A DNA stretch of 52,671 nucleotides from a bacterium (GTDB lineage Bacteria; Eisenbacteria; RBG-16-71-46), in the NCBI GenBank assembly GCA_043779265.1, contig JAYWEM010000179.1, forward strand, positions 1-52,671. The letters are read 5' to 3'. The notes below the pieces were generated by a model. That model worked only from the letters and a program-made list of their open reading frames with translations, searched no databases and was not told the DNA's origin. This document shows, in pieces, positions 6,057 to 15,675 of this stretch; positions within the stretch are counted from its first letter, which is position 1, and every line of letters begins with the position of its first letter. The translations under genes were made by a program, and so were the position numbers.

Positions 6057-8435
6057 TCAGCGCGTGATCACCATCCGCGTCGTGACCGCGCGTCCGTTCG
6101 CCTCCGCCCGGATGAGATAGATGCCCGGGGCGGCCGGGGGCTCGCCCGGGCGCGGCCACTCCCAGGTGTGCCGGCCGGCCGCGAGGGCGCCGGCGTGCAC
6201 GCGCCGCACCCGCGAGCCGGCCACGTCGTACACCTCGACCTCGGCCTCGCCCGCGCCCGGCATGCTGAGCGCCAGCCGCGTCCGGCCCACGCCCGGGTTC
6301 GGGCTGGGCGGCTCCCACGCCAGCGCCAGCACCCGCGCCGCCGCCGTCACCTCGATCGGGCCCTGGTGCAGCAGCCGGCCATCGGCGAACCGCAGCGCCA
6401 GGCGGTAGCGGTAGGTCCGGCCCGGTACGGCGCCGCCGTCCACCACCACGTGCGCGCCCTCGCGCGTGCCGTCGCCCCACTGCCCCGCCAGTTCCGCATA
6501 GCCCGGCTCGGTCGCGGCCTCGCGCTCCAGCTTCGCCGACAGGAGAGCGTTGGCGTTCGCGATGTGCCACTCGATGCGCACCCCCGTCGCGCCCGGCTCC
6601 GCCACGAACCGCCCGACCGCGCTCGAGACCAGTCCGCCCACCTGCATGCGCGTGCCCCAGATGTCGGCGCCCGGTACCGCCGCGTCGCGGTGGTCCGTCC
6701 AGTACGCGCACACCCACTCGCCCGTCACCGCCAGGGCGTTACGCTCCCCGGGGAACTGCTGGATGATGTGGCTCGTCCACCACGTCGTCGAGGCCGTGCT
6801 CAGCCGCTGGCCCGGCGTGAACGAGCCGCCGCCGTCGAACGACACCGCCCAGTACGGGTCGGTCAGCGCGCCACAGCCCGGCTCGTGCCGCCGGTCGAGC
6901 CACGTCACGTGCAGCCGCCCGAGCGAGTCCACCACCATCTCGGGGTGCGACTCGTCGTAGAGGTGCGGCGCGTCGCCCACCCGCACCTTGCCGCCCCAGC
7001 TCCCGCCGCGGTCCGCCGAACTCGCCAGCACCACGTCGCGGTGGTCGCGCGCCACCGAGCCCGCATCCACCTGCCACTCGCGCAGGAACACGCCGTAGCC
7101 GATCCAGTACGGTCCCGCCCCGCCCATGATGAGGTAGTACCGCCCGGTGCGCGGCAGCGTCACCAGCATCGGCCGCAGCGCGATCACCGGCGGACCGCTC
7201 GCCTCGAACTTCACCGTGTTCGTCCTCGCCAACTGCACCAGCCCGCCGCCCGGCACCTCGCAGAACATCAGCTGGAACCTCGTTTCCCAGTAGGGCGGGT
7301 CCGGCTTCCAGTTCACCGTGCCGGTCAGCTCGATCACCTGCCCCGCCACGCCGTCGAACGCCCACACGTCGCCGTCGCCGCCCACGTCCGCGCTCGGCAC
7401 CGAGCCGTACAGGTCGTCGCCGATCGCGGCCAGCGTCGCGGTCTCCAGCGTCTGGTTGGGCTCGATCTCGCCGCGCGCCTCGCCCTGCGGGCCGCGCACG
7501 CCGCTCGCATGGTCGGTCCACGCCAGATGCACCCGGCCCCTGGTCGCCCCCGTGCCGTGGTCCACCACCAGGCGCGGCGCATTGGAGACCCCCATGTCGT
7601 CCGTGTACACCGGATGCGGTGTGTACGTCGGCTCCCACCACTCGTAGACGCCGGTGTTGCGGTTGTCGAGGTGGGCCGCCACGTCGCGCACGTCGCCGAA
7701 CGTGGCGCCCGCGTCGTCCGATCTCCGCAACTGCACGCGCTCGCCCACCGCGTCCACCCACGCCACGTACACCTCGCCCTCGGGGCCCAGCGCCACGCGC
7801 GAGCGCTCGCCGCCCTCGCCCGAGAGGATGACGGGCGTGCTCCACGTGACGCCGCCATCGGGGGAGCGCGCGTAGTACACCCGGCACGGCGAGAACCACC
7901 CCGTCTCGATGTCGTCGTAGTGCGTGTACGTGATGTGCAGCGCGCCGCTCGCGCGGTCGCAGGCGATGTCGGGGTACAGCACCGCCGTGTGCGACCACGG
8001 CAGCCGCTGCGACCGCGTCCACACCAGCGAGCCGCTTGCCAGCGTCCCCGTGTCGAGGATGAGGCCCATCTCACGATAGAGGATGGCATCCACCGAGAGC
8101 GTGTGAAAGCTGCCGCCGCCAGCGGCGACCAACGCGGGGGGGCCCATACGGTTGGGCGGGAACGGCCGCGGAGGCAGCGAGACCCACGTCTCCCCCGCAT
8201 CCAACGTGTAAGCGAGGTGGTGCGTGACGCTGGTCAGCGAACCTCCTGAACCCTCATCCCACATCATCAGCCCGCGCGCGCCATCGAACGCCACCACCGG
8301 GTCCTTCTCATGCTGTGAGGATGTCTCCCAGATGCTCAGCGGCACGTGCCGATCGGGCTCGATGATGGCCTGCGCCCGCGCGTCCGCGGCGATCGCCAGC
8401 CCGAGCGAGGCCACGAGCATCGCGAACGGCCTCAC
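6057..8435 (-). CDS. Secreted Asp-box (BNR/sialidase-like) beta-propeller protein with inserted PPC-like domain and FlgD/T9SS-like CTD
   Basis: Signal peptide ending ADARA. Asp boxes YTLDAGETW, RSPDGGVTW, RSDDAGATF, SSADRGGSW, VSFDGGGSF. EIEPN...DGDVWAF PPC-like insert. CTD PSPNP...VYDVAG...PGIYLIR...RMVITR. The GTG at 8435 overlaps the upstream stop. Confidence 0.75.
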   Translation of the reverse strand: MRPFAMLVASLGLAIAADARAQAIIEPDRHVPLSIWETSSQHEKDPVVAFDGARGLMMWDEGSGGSLTSVTHHLAYTLDAGETWVSLPPRPFPPNRMGPPALVAAGGGSFHTLSVDAILYREMGLILDTGTLASGSLVWTRSQRLPWSHTAVLYPDIACDRASGALHITYTHYDDIETGWFSPCRVYYARSPDGGVTWSTPVILSGEGGERSRVALGPEGEVYVAWVDAVGERVQLRRSDDAGATFGDVRDVAAHLDNRNTGVYEWWEPTYTPHPVYTDDMGVSNAPRLVVDHGTGATRGRVHLAWTDHASGVRGPQGEARGEIEPNQTLETATLAAIGDDLYGSVPSADVGGDGDVWAFDGVAGQVIELTGTVNWKPDPPYWETRFQLMFCEVPGGGLVQLARTNTVKFEASGPPVIALRPMLVTLPRTGRYYLIMGGAGPYWIGYGVFLREWQVDAGSVARDHRDVVLASSADRGGSWGGKVRVGDAPHLYDESHPEMVVDSLGRLHVTWLDRRHEPGCGALTDPYWAVSFDGGGSFTPGQRLSTASTTWWTSHIIQQFPGERNALAVTGEWVCAYWTDHRDAAVPGADIWGTRMQVGGLVSSAVGRFVAEPGATGVRIEWHIANANALLSAKLEREAATEPGYAELAGQWGDGTREGAHVVVDGGAVPGRTYRYRLALRFADGRLLHQGPIEVTAAARVLALAWEPPSPNPGVGRTRLALSMPGAGEAEVEVYDVAGSRVRRVHAGALAAGRHTWEWPRPGEPPAAPGIYLIRAEANGRAVTTRMVITR

Positions 8436-11400
8436 GGCAGCACCACCAGCCGACGCTCGGCGCGCTCGGCGCCCATCAGCAGTCGGAAGGAGTACACACC
8501 GGGAGCGACGCGCCCGCCATCGCGATCGCGCAGGTCCCAGGACTGCTCGTGGCGGCCCGCGGGCCGCCACTGCGAGTGCTCGTGCACGCGCCGCCCCTGC
8601 AGGTCGTACAGCTCGAGCCGCACCAGCCCGGCGCGCGGCAGGGCGAACGGCAGCGTGACCGAACCGCGCGCCGGGTTGGGCCGCGCCGGCAGGAGGGCGA
8701 ACGCGACATGCCCGCCCTCTTCCCGCACCTCGCGCGAGCGTCCGGCCAGCGTGCCGGGAGCGCCCTCCTGCGAGCCGCGCAAGCTCAGCCACAGCTCGCG
8801 CACCCGGCCCTCGACGAGCGGGGGTTCGGCGAACTCCAGGCTCAGCGTGTCGCCCGCGAGCAGGCGCACGTCGGTTCCCGAGGCCAGAGAATCGGCATCC
8901 ACCGGCCCGAGGCGCGAGTGAGTCGCCGTCAGCAGCGCCGCCACGGCCACGCCCAGCGACTCGCCCGTCGGCACCAACCGGCCGATCCCGTGCACCGCCG
9001 CATTGCCCTCGAACACCAGCGACAGGTCGCCCCCGCCGAACATCCCCGCCGTCTGCGTCGCGCGGCGGCCGCGGGGTGCGAGCACGCGCGGGGCCCCGTC
9101 ACCGCCCAGCTTGAGGCGCGCGTACGGACGGCCCGCCGCGCGAGCCGCCACGGCGTCGACGTACACCAGGGATGAGTCCAGTCCCGCCGGCAGCGTCGGC
9201 AGGCTCACGGCGACACTGTCCCCGGCGTCCCCCACCAAGAACAGGTCGGCCCGGCCCTCGAGCCGGTCGCCCACGTGCGAGCCAGCCTGCGCGGCCGCCG
9301 TGGCGTGCAGCCGCGTCACCGCCGCCCATGCGCCCGCGAGCCGCGCCACCTCGGCCCCCGCCCCGCGATCCACCGCGGTGAGCGCCGCCGAGACGATGCG
9401 GCTCGAGCCGCCCTCGCCACGATGCACGCGCACCCGCACCCGATCGGGCGCGATGCGGACCGGCCGATCGAGCCGCAGTTCGTCCGAGACCACCTCGCCG
9501 TGCCCGCCACCGCCCAACACCGTGGTGGCTGATGCGGCCAGCGGCGAACCCGAGTGCGCCTCCGCCGCGCGCCGCGCCGAGAGACCGCCGCCCTCGCCGT
9601 CGCCATCGATGAACGGCCCGCCGCCCCCGCCGCCGCCACAGCCGTCGAGCGTCAACGTCCGCTCCACACTCATCGCAGAGGAGCGCGTGTACGGCCAACG
9701 GTCATCCCAACTCACGTGGCGGAACGAGTACGAGCCCGGCGCCAGCGTGACAGCCACGCTGAGCTGGGCCCCGGGCCCGCGCGGCGCGGGCTCGCAGGCG
9801 ATCTGGGCGGCGGACTGGAACTGCGACCAGCCCGATAGGCCCGACGTGGACCAGCGCACGTCGTGCAGCCGCACCCGCCCCGTCGCGACGAACGTGCTGT
9901 CATCGGGCCGCTCGGTCCAGTACGCACGAACGAACTGACCGCAGTGATCGGGGATCACCGAGAACGCCCCCACCGCCGAGGGCGCCAGCGGATCGAGCAC
10001 ATCATGCCGCGGGCCGACCGTGACCCACTCGCCCAGCGATGGCGTGCCCTGCGGCGTGTTGGCCACCGCGAACACGAGCGCCTCGCCCGGCGGCGCGGTG
10101 TTGCCGTCTACCGGGGCGTTGAACGTCACGCCGCCCAGGCCGTCGTGTGAGGAGGCGAGCGTCACGTGGTACTGGTCCATGTTGAACGCATGCGTCGTCG
10201 CCCCGGGCCGGACCAGGCTCAGCTTGGAGAGGCCGAGCGGGATCGCCGCCACCTGCAGCGTGTGGCAGTTGCCGTAGAGAATCGTGTCGGGCACGGCGCT
10301 CAGCGCCGGCCGGCTCGCCAGCGTGGAACCGCCTGCGTTGTACAGGTAGGGCGGCTCGAACACGGTGAGCCAGCCCCTCATGTCGAGGCCGACCGATGCG
10401 CTGGGGTTGTTGAGCCGACTGCCGCCGGCCGAGAGCACGCGGCCGTCCGGCGTGAGGATGGCGGTCGAGTGGTAACCGCGGCTCGTGAGGTCCGGGTCGA
10501 GCAGATCGAACCGGCTCCACGTGCCCGAGGCCGCGCCCGGGGTCCAGATCTGCGGGCTCAAGAACGCCAGGCCATCGTCCTTGTGCCGGTCGCGACCGCC
10601 CGAGACCAGCACGTTGCCGTCTGGGAGCAGGGTCTGGTTCGACTCGAAGCGCGGCCGTGGGCGGAAGTCGGGAAATGGCGACTGCGCCTCGCTCGCCCAA
10701 CCCGTCGTGGCGTCGTTCGCGAGGAACTCGATCCGTTTCACGTCGGCATGCGGCTGGGCCGGATTGACGCGCGGCTGACCGAACTTCATCACCTTGCCCG
10801 GAGCGAACATCACGGCGCCGTTGCCGCCGACGAAGCTCTTGTGGCGGACCGCGCCCCACGCCCATCCGTTCGGGTCCGCGCCCGGCATCGACAGCAGCCT
10901 CGTCTCCGCGTCATTGTTCGAAGTGCCACCGCCGCCCGGCGAGCGCGTGCTGCGCCCTGCGTAGAACATGCTCCCCGAGGGAAGCATGAAATAGAATGGA
11001 TACGTCCACTGGTCGTAGATGGGAGCGTTGGGGACCTCCGACCACTGTTGCCCGGCCGGCTTCGTCGGATCGAACACCTCGGCGTACTTCTCCACGACGT
11101 AGCGCGGATTCCAGATCGTCGCATGACCCGCCCGCGGTTCGATGTCCGCAGCCAGTGAATCCGTTCCCAGTTCGGACCATGCGAGCGGCGTGTTGTAGGG
11201 TGGCGTGTCCGCACTCTCGAGCGGCAGTTCGTACACCTTGCCGTCGAATGCGCCGCCCGCCAGCGACATCTGCCCACCGAACACCAGCATCCGGTGCCAC
11301 TGTGCGTCGTACACTGCGGCATGTTGATAGCGGGCCGGGGTGGCTGAAGTCTGCGCTGCCGACGCCTCCCACAGGTAGCTCCCGAGGCAGGCGGCGGTGG

Positions 11401-12935
11401 TGTCACAGCGCCGCAGCACGAGGGTCTCGTTGCTCAGCCCCGATGCGGTCTGCCCGCCATGGACGATCATCCGCCTCGGCTTGGTGCCGAAGAGATAGGT
11501 CGAGGGGCCGTCCATGACCGCCACGTGCCGGTAGCGCGCCTTGTCGCTGCCCGAAGGAGAAGCCGGCGTCACGACGTTCCAAGTCGGCGGGTTGGCACCC
11601 AGGTCGAGCGAGTAGACGGCGTCGTCCGCGAGCGCGCCGCCTTGCGTGCGTCCTCCGAAGACGAGCATCCGCCTGCGCTTGACGGTGTTCTGGCCCACGA
11701 TCTCATCCTTCTCATCGAGGATCGCTGTGTGGCCGTAGCGCGCTCCTGGCGAGGGGCCGGTGGTGGGGATCAGCCGAGCGCCGACCGTGTCGTTCCCGGC
11801 ATCGCCTTCTTGGACGACGGCGAACTGCAGCCGCCACAGTTCATCGGTGGCGGTGCTCGCATCCTTGCGGCCGCCGAACAAATAGAGCGCCGTCGAGTTG
11901 TTGAGGCTTCCCGGTACCGCGACCGCCGAGTGCTCGTAGCGCCCGACGAAGGCGGCCGGCCACTGTGTGCGGATCGGCTGGATCCACGACCACGCCTCCG
12001 CCTCGTCGAAGCCCACGCGCCAGCCCACCCACAACTCGTCGAGGACCGCTCCACTCATGGCCACGCCACCCTGTACGAGCACGACTCCACCGCCATCGTT
12101 GTCGTGCATCCGGCTATGATCCGAGTAGACCATCGTGTGGTCGCGCCGTTCGCTGGGCTCGGCCCGATAGCTCGAACTCCCAAGCTGTCCGTATCGGCTC
12201 CAGAAGGCGTGCCTGGGCAGCGCGAGCACGTCGGGTTTCTTCGCGACGGCCTCGGTGGCCGACTTCATCCCGCCGAAGCTCATCATCTCGAAGTGCCGCA
12301 GCCCCGAGCTGACGAGGACGCGTCCGTCGGGCAGCGGGGTCGTCGTCGGATACCAGCGGTCACGTCGCATCGTGTCCACCACCGCCCAGCCGTTCCTGAA
12401 TTGCATGCCATCGACCGTGACCTCCTCCACCAGGCAGAGTCTCGGGTCGAACACCTGGACGCCCTTGTGGCCGTTGTTCCGCAACGACGTGCCCCCGACG
12501 AACAGCATGCGTCCGTCGGCCAGCGCGGCATGGCCGCAGCAGAAGAGATCCGGCTCTCCGATCGGCGGCGGCACGTGCTTCGTGGCCAGGGAGCCCCACT
12601 GCGGCGACGACAACCCGGGCGGGATGACCATGACGCGAGGCGACGCCCTGTGGCACGGCGGCCCTTGCTTCGTGCCGTGCAGGTGCAGCACGATCGTCGT
12701 GTCGCCGCCTCCACGCAGAGCCATCATGTGCGTCGCGGTCTCACAGTCCTCGGTCGCCACCGAGTCCCAATCGAAAGGGCCCAGCCAGTTGCCCGATGTG
12801 CCGCTGCCGTGGGCCTCACGTTCGAGGCAGGCACTCAGCGCGAACACCGTCGTCAGGCAAGCGAGGTCCCGTAAGCGGTGCCCGGCCGGACGGGTGGCGG
12901 GAGTGCAGCCGGGGGGGGGGGGGGTGATTCATCAT
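8432..12935 (-). CDS. Secreted copper-radical oxidase (galactose/glyoxal oxidase, AA5-like) with nested Kelch propeller, DUF1929-like domain, FN3-like domain and FlgD/T9SS-like CTD; 5' end frameshifted at a G14 tract (open frame 8432..12928; track start GTG 12847)
   Basis: Cofactor/ligand motifs DLFCCGH, RWYPT, RGYHSTA and TTHAFNMDQ correspond to galactose oxidase C228, Y272, Y495/H496 and H581. CTD ARPNP...LYDLQGR...PGVY...RRLVVLP. RBS GGGAGGAG precedes the ATG at 12935, which is one base out of frame. Confidence 0.85.
12911..12924. repeat. G14 homopolymer (C14 on the coding strand)
   Basis: 14 consecutive G, beginning 11 nt into the presumed coding sequence of the oxidase gene. Confidence 0.95.
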
Positions 12936-13066
12936 GATGCTCCTCCCATGGTGTAGGGGATGGCGTCACGCTTTCCTGCAGGGGACTCCGCGTGGGTCAG
13001 TCTGACACGCCGGTACCCGAGGACTCAACAGGAAATCCGAGCGCATGCCGCGGCTGGTTCGCCCGC

Positions 13067-15163
13067 TCAGCCCGCCAGCGCCATCTCCAGCGCCTCGGTG
13101 TACTCGCGCCGCAGCGTCGCTCGCAGCTCCGCATGCGTCGGGTCCAGCAGCTGCGGATCCGCCATCACCACGGCCCGCGCCGACTCCCTCGCCTCGAGCA
13201 ACAGCGCCTCGTCCTTGAACAGGTCGGCCAGCTTGAGCCGGGGCAGCCCCGACTGGCGCGTCCCCCACAGCTCACCGGGGCCTCGCAGCCTCAGATCGGC
13301 CTCGGCCAGCTCGAACCCGTCCTCGGTCGTGGCCATGACAGCGAGGCGTTCGCGGCCCTGCGCCGATGCCGTCGGACTCGGGGCGAAGACGCACACCGAG
13401 CGGTGCTCGCCTCGACCGACGCGGCCGCGCAGCTGATGCAGCTGCGTCAGCCCGAATCGCTCGGCGTTCTCGACCAGCATCACGGTGGCATTGGGCACAT
13501 CGACGCCGACCTCCACCACCGTGGTCGCCACCAGCACGTGCAGTTCGCCGGCCTTGAACGCCGCCATCACCGACTGCTTGTCCTCGGGCTTCATGCGGCC
13601 GTGCAGCAGGCCGAATCGGAACGCGCGCAGCACCGGCTGCGAGCGCAGCAACTCGACTTCCGTCTCGGCGGCCTTCAACTCGGCACGCGGACTCTCCTCG
13701 ACTGCGGGCACCACGACGTAGGCCTGGCGGCCGGCCGCGAGTTCCTTGGCGAGGAATCCCAGAACCTGCGGCCGCTTGCCCTCGTCGACCACGCGCGTCA
13801 CGAGTCGGCCGCGGCCCGAGGGCCGAGAGCGGATCACCGAGAGATCGAGGTCTCCGAACCATGCCAGTTGCAGCGTGCGCGGAATGGGCGTCGCGGTCAG
13901 CACCAGCAGATGCGGGGAGTGGGCCTTGGAGGTCAGCGAGGCGCGCTGCCGCACGCCGAATCGATGCTGCTCGTCCACGATCGCCAGCGCCAGCTTGGGC
14001 ATGCGCACTTTCTTCTCGAGCAGCGCGTGCGTGCCGACCAGCAGCAGCGCCTCGCCCGCATCGAGGCGAGTCTGGATCTGCCGCCGCTCCGCAGCGGGCG
14101 TCGCGCCGGTCAGCACCAGCACCTGTGCACCCGTGCCCGAGATCATGCGCACGAGCGTGGCGCCGTGCTGGCGCGCGAGGATCTCGGTCGGAGCGAGCAG
14201 CGCCGCCTGATGGCCGGCCTCGACGGCCTGCATCGCGGCGAGCAGCGCCACGACGGTCTTGCCACTGCCGACATCGCCGATCACGAGTCGGTGCATCGGA
14301 CGCGCCAAGGCGAGGTCTTGGTGAATGTCGACGAGCGCGCCCTCCTGATCGTTCGTCAGCGTGAACGGCAGCGCCGCCCGAACGCGAGCGGACAGTTCGC
14401 CCGGCGCGGGCAGGGCGATGGCCGAGCCCTCCACCCGCAGCGCGGCGCGGCGGATCTCCATCACCATCTGGAGCAGGAACAGTTCCTCGAATGCCAGGCG
14501 ATGCCTCGCCTTGGCACAGGCCTCGTGCGAGTCCGGGAAGTGGATCTGCTCCAGGGCCTCCGCAAGCGGTCCGAGTGATCGGGCGGCGAGCACCTCGGGC
14601 GGCACTGGATCGACGAGCTGCGCGCCCACGGCCTCGATGGCGGCGCGGATGCTGCCTCGCAGGCCGCGCGCCGTCAGTCCCTTGGTCAGCGCATAGACGG
14701 GCACCAGCCGCCCGGCATGGAGCAGCGTCTCCAGGTCGCCCTCGACCACTTCGAACAGAGGATTCAGCATGCGACGGTCGAACGGGTCGAACTCGCCGCT
14801 CACCACCACTCGCGAGCCGGGCTTGAGCGTCCGCGCCAGGAAGCTCTGGCCGAAGAAGTAGGCGTTCAGCGTGCCAGTGTCATCGGCGATCGTGAGCGAG
14901 AGGTCGCTGCGGCCACCTCGGGTGCGAATCGAAGCGGCGTTGCGGATGACCCCGGTCACGGTCAGCAGTTCCCCCGGCCGAAGGCCCCGGATCGGCACGA
15001 ACCGCGTCGCGTCCAGCCATTCGCGCGGGTAATGCCGCAGCAGATGGGAGATCGTGGGGCAGCCGAGGCGCTCGAAGGCCTCGGCCCGGCGCGGTCCCAC
15101 GCCGGGTAGGAACTGGACGCGGGTCCGCGGCTCCAGATGGGACGTGTGGGGCTCGTTCGGCAT
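13067..15163 (-). CDS. recG: ATP-dependent DNA helicase RecG
   Basis: Wedge/OB N-terminus, [42 protein letters not shown]. Promoter-like GTGACA-N18-TAGCGT at 15203-15174 favours the ATG at 15163. Confidence 0.97.
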   Translation of the reverse strand: MPNEPHTSHLEPRTRVQFLPGVGPRRAEAFERLGCPTISHLLRHYPREWLDATRFVPIRGLRPGELLTVTGVIRNAASIRTRGGRSDLSLTIADDTGTLNAYFFGQSFLARTLKPGSRVVVSGEFDPFDRRMLNPLFEVVEGDLETLLHAGRLVPVYALTKGLTARGLRGSIRAAIEAVGAQLVDPVPPEVLAARSLGPLAEALEQIHFPDSHEACAKARHRLAFEELFLLQMVMEIRRAALRVEGSAIALPAPGELSARVRAALPFTLTNDQEGALVDIHQDLALARPMHRLVIGDVGSGKTVVALLAAMQAVEAGHQAALLAPTEILARQHGATLVRMISGTGAQVLVLTGATPAAERRQIQTRLDAGEALLLVGTHALLEKKVRMPKLALAIVDEQHRFGVRQRASLTSKAHSPHLLVLTATPIPRTLQLAWFGDLDLSVIRSRPSGRGRLVTRVVDEGKRPQVLGFLAKELAAGRQAYVVVPAVEESPRAELKAAETEVELLRSQPVLRAFRFGLLHGRMKPEDKQSVMAAFKAGELHVLVATTVVEVGVDVPNATVMLVENAERFGLTQLHQLRGRVGRGEHRSVCVFAPSPTASAQGRERLAVMATTEDGFELAEADLRLRGPGELWGTRQSGLPRLKLADLFKDEALLLEARESARAVVMADPQLLDPTHAELRATLRREYTEALEMALAG

Positions 15164-15242
15164 GGTGCCGAGCACGCTACGCGGGCCGGGGGCCGATTGT
15201 CACGGGCGCGAGTGCCCGCGAAACCGGCCCCGGGCCGCTTGG

Positions 15243-15271
15243 TGGACACGTCTGCCGGGCCTCGATATAGT
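15243..15271 (+). promoter_or_regulatory. Sigma70-type promoter of rpmB
   Basis: TGGACA-N17-TATAGT. Confidence 0.7.
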
Positions 15272-15368
15272 GCTCGGCCGTTCTATCCCAATGGGTCAGC
15301 AGCGCTCCGGCACCCCTGCGACGCACGCAGGTCGCGGGCGCGGAGCCGAGTTTCCAGGAGAATCCGTC

Positions 15369-15587
15369 ATGGCAAAGTGCAGCGTCTGCGGCAAGCAGCG
15401 CATGGCTGGGAACAACGTCAGCCACGCCAATAACAAGACGAAGCGCGTCTTCCGTCCGAACATCCAGGAAGTCCGCGCGCTCGTGAACGGTCACGCGAAG
15501 AAGATCTCGGTGTGCACGCGCTGCCTGCGCTCGAACAAGATCGAGAAGGCCGTCCGCGGCAAGGTGACCGCCGCCGCCGCCATCTGA
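15369..15587 (+). CDS. rpmB: 50S ribosomal protein L28 (Zn-ribbon C+ form)
   Basis: MAKCSVCGK...[18 protein letters not shown]...CTRC, with RBS AGGAG. Confidence 0.97.
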   Translation: MAKCSVCGKQRMAGNNVSHANNKTKRVFRPNIQEVRALVNGHAKKISVCTRCLRSNKIEKAVRGKVTAAAAI

Positions 15588-15605
15588 CCGCACGCACGGT
15601 CCATC

Positions 15606-15650
15606 AAGACGAGAGCCCGGCCCCGCAAGGGAGTCGGGCTCTCGTCTTTT
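15606..15650 (+). terminator. Intrinsic terminator after rpmB
   Basis: Stem AAGACGAGAGCCCG/CGGGCTCTCGTCTT closing on a GCAA loop and ending in TTTT. Confidence 0.85.
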
Positions 15651-15675
15651 CCGGCGCAACGTCGCGCTGAGCGAC

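Noticed and set aside
5670..8249. 859-aa plus-strand ORF
   Set aside because: Antisense shadow of the Asp-box and zinc-ribbon genes. It is Arg/His/Ala-rich with no motifs, as expected in high-GC DNA.
8436..8792. ORF-track N-terminal extensions (here, and for ftsA, murD, rsmH, wzx, MFS and others)
   Set aside because: They overlap upstream genes. Internal starts with ATGA/GTGA coupling or an RBS match the family N-termini better.
9585..9645. GCC/CCG-rich run
   Set aside because: It encodes the Gly linker GCGGGGGGGPFID of the oxidase and is not a separate repeat element.
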